Both the position numbers and the translations under genes were made by a program. A stretch of DNA of 64,000 nt, taken from positions 248,001-312,000 of the IMG/VR virus record IMGVR_UViG_3300035180_001778; one strand, given 5' to 3'. This document shows positions 56,914-64,000 of the stretch, piece after piece (the stretch's first letter is position 1; each line of letters opens with the position of its first letter). The notes below the pieces were generated by a model that worked only from the letters and a program-made list of their open reading frames with translations, was not told the origin of the DNA and did not search any database.

Positions 56914-58320
56914 TTGAACCACAAAACGACCACCCGAAAGATCACGATGCCCGAAGGTAACCCCCAACTCTGTGAGATTTGGGAGACATCCGATGCCCTG
57001 CGAGGATCGACAATCCGTTGTGTTGTCGGTGATGTAGCTCCGAACGCCATCACGTTCGTGAGCCTGGCAGGGAACCGTACGCGCATCCCGGCGATCCGCA
57101 TGGCCGGCTGGCATTTCGTGCAGAGCCCTCCCCCCAATCTGATGTCCTGCTCGCGTCGTGGGTGCCGCCTCCCGGGGCTTCTACGTTTCGAGCGAGGGAT
57201 AACCCCCGAATGGGTCTGCGCTCGGCACATGCCCGTTGGAACCCGAGCCACGCTCGACCTCGTGCCGCGTCCCAACCAAGACCCTCCCACTCTCGAAACC
57301 CCGATCATCATCTGCGCCGCCTGTGAGGGTGACAACCCCGTCCAGGATGCGAACGTTCTCATTGGTCGGGACGACATCGAGATGTGGTTCTGCCAGCGGT
57401 GCAACAACGTCTGGGGGATCGTTCTCGAAGAGAACACGCGCGACAGGGCTGTACCGCTTACATCGCGTGAACTCGCCACATGGTACAGCTCCCGAGTGCG
57501 GCTCCTCGTGGAAGCCATGGAACGGGGCGGCCGACACCCGACCCATGTCGAGGTGTCGGCGACTGTGTGGACTTTGCTGTATGATGCACACAACGAAGCC
57601 ACTTTCATGTTGTACGGGATTCCTGCCCGGCGAGTCCTGGACTTTCTATCTCCAGACACTCGGCGCGCAATGGTGACGTTGCAGACTCGGGACGCGATTC
57701 GCTCGGCGGCTCTTCCTGTGTCGCGGCTCGGCAGCGTCCCGAACCGCTCTCCAGAGATCACGGGCAATAACCCGCTCCTGACCTGGGTTCAGGAGCAACG
57801 CACCATTCGAGCCCTCCCTCAGCCGACCCCTATGCCCCCTCCCGAGAAGACAGTCAGGTTGGAAGAACAGATGGGGATCCCTACGATGGGGTCCACATGG
57901 GTCAACCGTGGGACTGGGGTGCTCATCGAGGTGACGGGCCTATCGTTTGCCGAAGGCACACAACAGATCATTCAGTTCAGAGCCGTTCTGGTGGCTGAAT
58001 CGAATATCCGAGAACCTCACTCGCGTCTTGGCTATGATGACTTCGTCACGCTGCATCGCGTCTGGCACAACGACGGAAAGACCGAGATGCCCTACTTGGA
58101 CCTCGGTCTACAGCTCGGCGACGAATGGATTCAGAACCATAATCGGGTCGTGGTCGAGATCCTGCACATCGACCACAAGAAGGAGACCGTCTCGGTCTAC
58201 GAGAAAGACACGAAACGTCGCTCCGCCCTGAAGATGCGAGAGTTCGCACCTGGCGGTAACTGGCGGAAGATCGTCCGTCGCACGGCCTTTGAAGCCCTGG
58301 AGGATGACGACTTCGGCTGA
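56914..58320 (+). CDS. multidomain hypothetical protein with zinc ribbons and C-terminal tag
   Basis: 468-aa ORF; ends RRTAFEALEDDDFG. Confidence 0.7.
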   Translation: MNHKTTTRKITMPEGNPQLCEIWETSDALRGSTIRCVVGDVAPNAITFVSLAGNRTRIPAIRMAGWHFVQSPPPNLMSCSRRGCRLPGLLRFERGITPEWVCARHMPVGTRATLDLVPRPNQDPPTLETPIIICAACEGDNPVQDANVLIGRDDIEMWFCQRCNNVWGIVLEENTRDRAVPLTSRELATWYSSRVRLLVEAMERGGRHPTHVEVSATVWTLLYDAHNEATFMLYGIPARRVLDFLSPDTRRAMVTLQTRDAIRSAALPVSRLGSVPNRSPEITGNNPLLTWVQEQRTIRALPQPTPMPPPEKTVRLEEQMGIPTMGSTWVNRGTGVLIEVTGLSFAEGTQQIIQFRAVLVAESNIREPHSRLGYDDFVTLHRVWHNDGKTEMPYLDLGLQLGDEWIQNHNRVVVEILHIDHKKETVSVYEKDTKRRSALKMREFAPGGNWRKIVRRTAFEALEDDDFG

Positions 58321-58321
58321 G

Positions 58322-58570
58322 CTACTCGAAGTCCACGTCGAGCTGGTCGAGCAGGGTCTTCCTCGGCGGCTTAGCAGTGGATCGCCAAGTGTCGGTTTGG
58401 GGGAGATCCGCTTCGAATACCGTACCCGCACCGAAGACTCGTTTGACCTTGCCTCCTTTGATCGTGCATTCCACGACCTGTGCCGAGGAGCCATTGACCG
58501 TCAGCACGTAATACAACTTGCCGTCGGGGCTCTTGTAGACAGTCTTGGGCTTGATCTCGTCTTTGGGCAT
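58322..58570 (-). CDS. hypothetical protein with C-terminal tag
   Basis: Ends RKTLLDQLDVDFE. Confidence 0.55.
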   Translation of the reverse strand: MPKDEIKPKTVYKSPDGKLYYVLTVNGSSAQVVECTIKGGKVKRVFGAGTVFEADLPQTDTWRSTAKPPRKTLLDQLDVDFE

Positions 58571-58577
58571 GGCAACC

Positions 58578-59006
58578 TCAAATCGGAATTGACTTCCTAC
58601 GTTCCTGTTCAGCAATGATGGCCTTCTTGGCTCGCTCCCAGTTGGTGACGTTCATCATCTTCATCGAGGTGAACATGGGGTAGCCGTTGACGCCCCGAGG
58701 GAGCGCCTGATCGTAGTTCTCGTAGAAGACACCGATGGTCTTGAGGCTCTCGATGTTGTACGAGTTCAGCGCACCGAAGACCAAGGGCAGGAAGATATGC
58801 CCGATCATGTTCGGATCCTGTACCTGAGCCGACGTGAAGGTCCGACCGTCGACCACTCCGTTGATGAAGCTCCGGAGGTCGTCGTCGCTCATCGGGGCCC
58901 ACTGTATGGCCGGCTTGTGATCGTCCCAGAACTCCGAGAGCTGCGCCGGATCTTCAGGGTCCTTCGGGTCGAGAAGAATGTCGTCTTCGTCCATCATTTC
59001 GGGCAC
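58578..59006 (-). CDS. hypothetical protein
   Basis: IFLPLVFG..ALPRGVNGYPMF. Confidence 0.65.
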   Translation of the reverse strand: MPEMMDEDDILLDPKDPEDPAQLSEFWDDHKPAIQWAPMSDDDLRSFINGVVDGRTFTSAQVQDPNMIGHIFLPLVFGALNSYNIESLKTIGVFYENYDQALPRGVNGYPMFTSMKMMNVTNWERAKKAIIAEQERRKSIPI

Positions 59007-59166
59007 TCGGCTGCGGGGTAGGAGTTGTGGTGGGTGACCGCGGTATTCAAGACGACGCGAGACTTCCCCGTGTAGCGCTCCTTGCCGTGCTCGTTCACCT
59101 CGACCTCATACTCGGCGTAGGAGTTGCTCGACACATGAGAGCGCTGGACGAACCAGTAGGTCTCTT

Positions 59167-59583
59167 TCACAGATCCTCCACAAGAAGGGCTTCCCAGGCT
59201 GTGGGTTGGATCTTCGTCCAAAGGCCCCTCTCGACCGAGCCTCGCCGCAGCCCAAACGTCTGCCCGGTTTTGAGATTGACCCCTTGGGCCAAGCCTCCGA
59301 AGGTCCCACCCTGGTATTCCTGCGTGATCCGGATCGGTCCCTTCACCCTCTCCTGCCACAGCTCCCCGATCTTCGGCTCATCGATGCCAGGGATGCCGGC
59401 GGAATTCCCCGCACACTTCGCACACCAGATGTTCTCGAAGTCTCGGATCCTGGGGTTCAAGCTGAAGGTGATCTCCTTCGGTGCCCCGCACGCATTGCAG
59501 TTGGGGGAGTGTCGAGGCAGCTCCGGGATCGAGTCGTGCTTCGGGGGGTATTCCCGGAAGGACTTTTTCACGTCGTTGACCAT
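59167..59583 (-). CDS. zinc-ribbon protein with C-terminal tag
   Basis: CNAC..CAKC; ends PTAWEALLVEDL. Confidence 0.55.
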   Translation of the reverse strand: MVNDVKKSFREYPPKHDSIPELPRHSPNCNACGAPKEITFSLNPRIRDFENIWCAKCAGNSAGIPGIDEPKIGELWQERVKGPIRITQEYQGGTFGGLAQGVNLKTGQTFGLRRGSVERGLWTKIQPTAWEALLVEDL

Positions 59584-59955
59584 GCCCTCTCCTCGAACAG
59601 CTTCCGGTTGTAGGTGCGGAACGTGCAGCACTTCTTCAGGAAGTTGCGACGGCTCTGCCAGGTGACCTTCCCGGCCTCCCGCTGCTCCGGAACGCCTTCG
59701 TACCTGTACACGAGGTACGAGATGACGTGGCAGCCCTTGACGTCGATACGGCGGAAGACCTCTTTGGCCTCCAGCACCTTGAGCCCAGTCTCTTCCTCGA
59801 CTTCCCGGACCATGGCGTCGTAGGGGCTCAGGTCTGTGGGCTCGACCGCGCCCCCCAGGCAAGCCGAGGTCCGTGGGGTCGGTCTTGCGGGATACGCTCA
59901 GGACGCGGTCTTGCGCGTCCAGGATCAGAGCGGTGACGGCGGATACAGGTCTCAC
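59568..59955 (-). pseudogene. Nudix hydrolase, frameshifted near 59850
   Basis: GLPGG and REVEEETGL lie in different frames. Confidence 0.75.
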
Positions 59956-60201
59956 GGGATACTCCTGAAGTTGCGGGATCGGACCCAGAGAGAGCGGCCC
60001 TCGAAGCGGACGACCATGTTGCAGTCGAAGAGCATCTGGACTTTCTCCACACACCCTTCCCGGCCCGCCAAGATCGGAACCCCGATGATCACGAGGGGAT
60101 TTGGGGTTCCAAGACAATCTTGGTGCGCGACGACACGATCGCCTACTTGAAACGGGCTGGCTTCTCTCATCCCAGGCTATACAGGCCGACCCCGAAGGCG
60201 A

Positions 60202-61842
60202 TCAACCTTCTGCGGGCTTCTTGGGCTTCTTGGGCTTCTTCTTCCCCAGCTTCTTGGCTTCCTTCTCTTTTTCCTTCCGATCCCATTCGCGGGACTCCGC
60301 CCGGTCCACCTTGTCCCGCTCCCGACGCTCCTTGACGGGCCCCATCGTCAGCTTGTAGAGCTTCCCCAAGAACTTCCGGTGCGCCTCCCACTCCCCACAC
60401 TGAGGCCCCTTGTAGGAGCTGGGATGCCAGATGTACCGCACCTCGGACAGGACACTCTGGATGAGTGCCAGCTCACCCATGGAGTTGAGGTAGTCGGTCA
60501 CCTCTTCCTCCGTGAGCGTCTGCTTGAGCATGAGCTGCCAGTGCGTGTTCAGCCCCGCGCAGGAAATCGAGGGGTTCTTGCTGATCATGTAGGAGATCGG
60601 GTTGAACTTGCACTCCAGAGCATCCTCCATGAAGATGCGGCTCGTCAGCCAGTACGCCGCACTCTCGCGCATGCCCTCCAGCTTCGACTTGTCGGCTTCA
60701 TCGCCCTTGGCCTCCAGCTCAGCGATCTCCGCCTGACGCCGGGCATTCGATTCGTCCGCTTCCGCTTGAGCCTTCTTGCAGAAGTCCCACGCCTCCCGAG
60801 CGGCATTGTGGTAGGCCTCGACGTCGGACATGACCCTCTTGTACCCCGGCCCGTAGGTCTCGACCTTCGTGCCGGTGAGAGCTTGCCAGACATCCTCCCG
60901 GATCATGGCCTGGAGGATCGGAAACGTCTTGGGGCGCTTGGACTCCGACATCAGGGAGAAGTCGTGCCCCTGTTGCGTCTTCGTTCCCATCTTCGGACGG
61001 ATGTTGAGTTCCCCGTCCACCATGGCACGATCCGTCCCACACGCGAGCATCACCGCGTATCGACGACGGAGCTTCTTCGCGAGGACCTGGAGCATCTTCT
61101 TCGTCTCCTCGCCTCGCATGTACCCGCCGCAGCGGACCCGGATCTCACCGTGGCGGATCTGGTCGACGATGAAGCCGTACTGCACGTTGCCGAGCTTCAG
61201 CGGGACAACTCCCGTGTCGCTCTCCATGGCAGCATCCGCAGCTTCATCTTCAGCGAAGTCCGCAGCTTCTTCCTCTTCGGTCCGATCCTTGGTATGCAGA
61301 CCGTTGCCCTGACGCTTCCGATTCCGAGCCTCGCGAAGATCCTCGTGTTTTTTCAGGAGGGTCGCATCGGCCATCGTGATCGTCAGCCCCGCCGTACGGA
61401 TGATGTTCTCCACACGTCGCAGCGTCGGGATGCCCTTGGGAATCACGCTCTTGGGCATGAAGCTGAACTTGGGGCGCTTCCGTTCGAGGTCTCGGACCTC
61501 GATGTGGCACTCTTGCGTTGCATCGAGCAGCTCGTCGAAGGCCATTCCCTTCCTGGCGGGGACATCGTGAACGGTGTTGTCCCCGAGGCCCTTCTCGACC
61601 AGGTCAAGCTTGAACGCATCGAGCCACAGCCGTTGGATCGAGGGGTCTTTACAGTCCTCGATCGAGCCGTAGTCGTTGTACTCCGCACGGATAGGCGGAG
61701 TACGGATGTACCACTCCTCCGCCCCATTGGCGTAGTCCCCTCTCTCGCTGAAGGGGCTCGCTTGGAGCAGGATATAGCGGACGGGGTCTCCGGCACCGAT
61801 CGGCAACCCCGAGACGCAGCATGTGTAGTCGAATGATCCCAT
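60202..61842 (-). CDS. hypothetical phage protein
   Basis: MGSFDYTCCVSGLPI..YNDYG..GPQ. Confidence 0.75.
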   Translation of the reverse strand: MGSFDYTCCVSGLPIGAGDPVRYILLQASPFSERGDYANGAEEWYIRTPPIRAEYNDYGSIEDCKDPSIQRLWLDAFKLDLVEKGLGDNTVHDVPARKGMAFDELLDATQECHIEVRDLERKRPKFSFMPKSVIPKGIPTLRRVENIIRTAGLTITMADATLLKKHEDLREARNRKRQGNGLHTKDRTEEEEAADFAEDEAADAAMESDTGVVPLKLGNVQYGFIVDQIRHGEIRVRCGGYMRGEETKKMLQVLAKKLRRRYAVMLACGTDRAMVDGELNIRPKMGTKTQQGHDFSLMSESKRPKTFPILQAMIREDVWQALTGTKVETYGPGYKRVMSDVEAYHNAAREAWDFCKKAQAEADESNARRQAEIAELEAKGDEADKSKLEGMRESAAYWLTSRIFMEDALECKFNPISYMISKNPSISCAGLNTHWQLMLKQTLTEEEVTDYLNSMGELALIQSVLSEVRYIWHPSSYKGPQCGEWEAHRKFLGKLYKLTMGPVKERRERDKVDRAESREWDRKEKEKEAKKLGKKKPKKPKKPAEG

Positions 61843-62776
61843 GACCATCTAGTACACCAGTGACCCCCAAATTGGGGGTCACTGGTGGATCTTATCGGTC
61901 GGGATGGCCCACACCGAAACACCGCGAAAACGAGCAATGAGACGCTCGTTCAACGTCGCCACTCCAAGAGACCCCAGGAACGAACTCTCATCCGTCGGGG
62001 TCTGGCCTAGAAAGACCAGGAAGCCGTTGGACGTGTCATCCGTGAATGCCGTGACGTCACCCTGCGTACGGAAGGTATTCAGCGTCAGGGTGATGGCTCG
62101 GAAGGACTCCCACTCGACGCGGCAATCATCGAGCATTTAGATATGGTCCTGGGAGAGGGTCGGGGTATCCATGCCCCTCCTACAACTCCAAGTATATCAG
62201 GACCAACCGTTCTCGGGAGGCAACCTCGCTTTTCTCCGAGCTTCCGCGCGTTCGTGTATGCGGGCTTCTCGTTCGTCGTTGATCTCGTTCAAGCACTTCC
62301 AGAGGAAGTGCTTGAACGAGATCCCGGCGAGCCACTCCAGGCCCGCGTAGCCGTAGTGATAGACGGCTACGACCAAGCCCACGGTGAAAACGAACAGGAG
62401 AATCAGGGGACGGTTCATCCCGCCAGTTTACACCGGGAGGTTCTCTTCCGTGTAGCGGAATTCCTCGCGCACCCTCATGGAAGAGGTGAACGCCGGCAAG
62501 ACGGCCATCACCCACATCATCTGGTGCATCCCGGCTTTCCCTTTGGCGCAGGACTTCTTGAAGATACAGGCAGACGCGCCCTTGCCGCGTTGCTCGATGA
62601 TACAGCCACAGGGGAACGTGTACTTTTTCATGGGGATTACCTGAACAAAATAGCGAAAGGACGATCCGTTGGGCGCTCAGATGGGGGGACATCGAGCTGC
62701 CGGGGGTCGTCCCTTCATCTATCTAGTACACCACGGACATCTGAACTTGAACAGAAATCGTCCGAGGCGATTCGAA

Positions 62777-63175
62777 TCACAGCTCGTCGTCGAGGCGGTC
62801 CCAGGCAGCTCGCGGGCCGTTGAGTTCCGCTTTGATCTTGTCCGTCCGCACCGCAATCTCATCGAGTCGGGCCTGAAGGTTCTCCGCTCTACGGTCAAAG
62901 TCCTCCAACCTCTCATCGAGAGGTTCTGTGGGAGTCTCCAGAACCGGCGGGGCAGGGATGGCGCAGTAGTGGGGCTGGACACGGGGCCACCACTTCACAT
63001 TCTCGTGTTTGGCGGCCAACCCGACAGTACATTCGTGGCACTGCCACCCATCTCTTCGAGTGTGCTTGTAGTATTCAGCACGCTGTTTCACCCGGGCGAT
63101 ATCCTCGTAGCGCCCGTATGCCCAGGTGCCAAACCATCCCAGAAGGAACACCCCCAACACAATGACGAGATACAT
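62777..63175 (-). CDS. membrane-anchored protein with C-terminal tag
   Basis: N-terminal TM; ends PRAAWDRLDDEL. Confidence 0.6.
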   Translation of the reverse strand: MYLVIVLGVFLLGWFGTWAYGRYEDIARVKQRAEYYKHTRRDGWQCHECTVGLAAKHENVKWWPRVQPHYCAIPAPPVLETPTEPLDERLEDFDRRAENLQARLDEIAVRTDKIKAELNGPRAAWDRLDDEL

Positions 63176-63304
63176 TCAAAGTCTCCTTGCCAGCTAGGCT
63201 CGCCAAGTGTAGAGCTTCCTCACTGTCCCCGGGCCACTCCTCTCCCAGGCACGCGCTGCTCTTTACAACGCGCTGCTTGGTGATGAACCCGGGGTTTTTT
63301 GCGT

Positions 63305-63661
63305 TCAGGTGACCCTGGAGAGGTCCTCGATCGAGATCGCCACGGTGGTTGCGTGCTTGGTCGCCGCCAGGAGTCTTTGGCAGAGAAGCTCCTGACCCAC
63401 GTAGTCCCGAATACACTCGGGTTCGAGACAGAAGACTTCGAGCGACGCCACGTACTCGATCTCCTTGTCTGACGGGAGAGTTGCCCCGAAGTACCGCCGC
63501 TTGAGCCGGAAGATGTAGTCCTCTTCGATCTTCTTCCTCTCGGCTGCGATGATGTCCTTCTTGGACTTGATGCGGGCTTCCTTGATGACCTCGATCATCT
63601 TCTCGCAGAGCTGAGCCAGCTCCGGAGAACCCATCGTGATATGTGAGCAACCTTGCGACAT
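63305..63661 (-). CDS. hypothetical protein
   Basis: ORF MSQGCSHI. Confidence 0.55.
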   Translation of the reverse strand: MSQGCSHITMGSPELAQLCEKMIEVIKEARIKSKKDIIAAERKKIEEDYIFRLKRRYFGATLPSDKEIEYVASLEVFCLEPECIRDYVGQELLCQRLLAATKHATTVAISIEDLSRVT

Positions 63662-63862
63662 GATTACCTTTTCCGCGGCGGGGGCATGACGTAGACTTCG
63701 ACACCCTGCTTCTTCGCGAGCTTGATCGCCCGGCTCAAGGCCGCGCAAAAACGGAGCCTCCCTCGCGGTTCCCGCAGACGAAGGAAGTAGGCGAACGCGA
63801 TGTCGTTCGTGTAGGAGATCGACTCGAATCGCTTGGCGTACCCAGCGACAGCATGAAGCGCG

Positions 63863-63904
63863 TCGAGCCAGGGCAAGCCCGTATCGAGCCAGGGCAAGCC
63901 CGTA
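63863..63904. repeat. perfect 21-bp tandem duplication (in frame)
   Basis: tcgagccagggcaagcccgta x2. Confidence 0.9.
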
Positions 63905-64000
63905 TCGGGCACGGGGCCTTCGTTCCACGACCGATTCAGGTATTGGCTGTGCCAGGTCCGAAAAGCGACGTAGTCCTGAACCACGTCGTCAGGGATGTTC

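Noticed and set aside
1-64000. Genome-wide stop-codon reassignment
   Set aside because: Long genes are intact in code 11 and many end in TGA or TAG followed directly by the next gene

Overview
GC-rich window of a large (jumbo-type) phage genome; no rRNA or CRISPR seen, and the host is uncertain. All calls were made by eye without searches, so ends may be off by a few nt. 1-17.7 kb is a minus-strand RNA-gene region: about 40 tRNAs in two arrays, a tmRNA (tag ANDNALVPMQMAA), HNH endonucleases and many structured spacer RNAs. Between the arrays is the best candidate novel system. It is an operon encoding a TROVE/Ro60-like vWA protein, an E2-like protein, a JAB protease, a ubiquitin-like protein and a ThiF E1, followed directly by five tandem tRNA-like RNAs that share one extra helical module in three topologies (Y-RNA-like). 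A second candidate circuit (54-56 kb) combines an opal (UCA) suppressor tRNA, a UGA-interrupted leader ending in a RAPP arrest motif, and a gene run containing peptidyl-tRNA hydrolase. The rest carries DNA methyltransferases, a methylase-helicase, two sigma-like factors, ArdC-like, dcd, tdk, RlaP-like, ParB-like and GHKL genes and many small ORFs. About 13 unrelated ORFs share a C-terminal T-A-W-E-x-L-acidic tag, and a GTTGATC-N16-TGTA promoter recurs more than 20 times. Several frameshifts and short perfect duplications suggest sequence errors or decay, so single-base claims need read-level checking.
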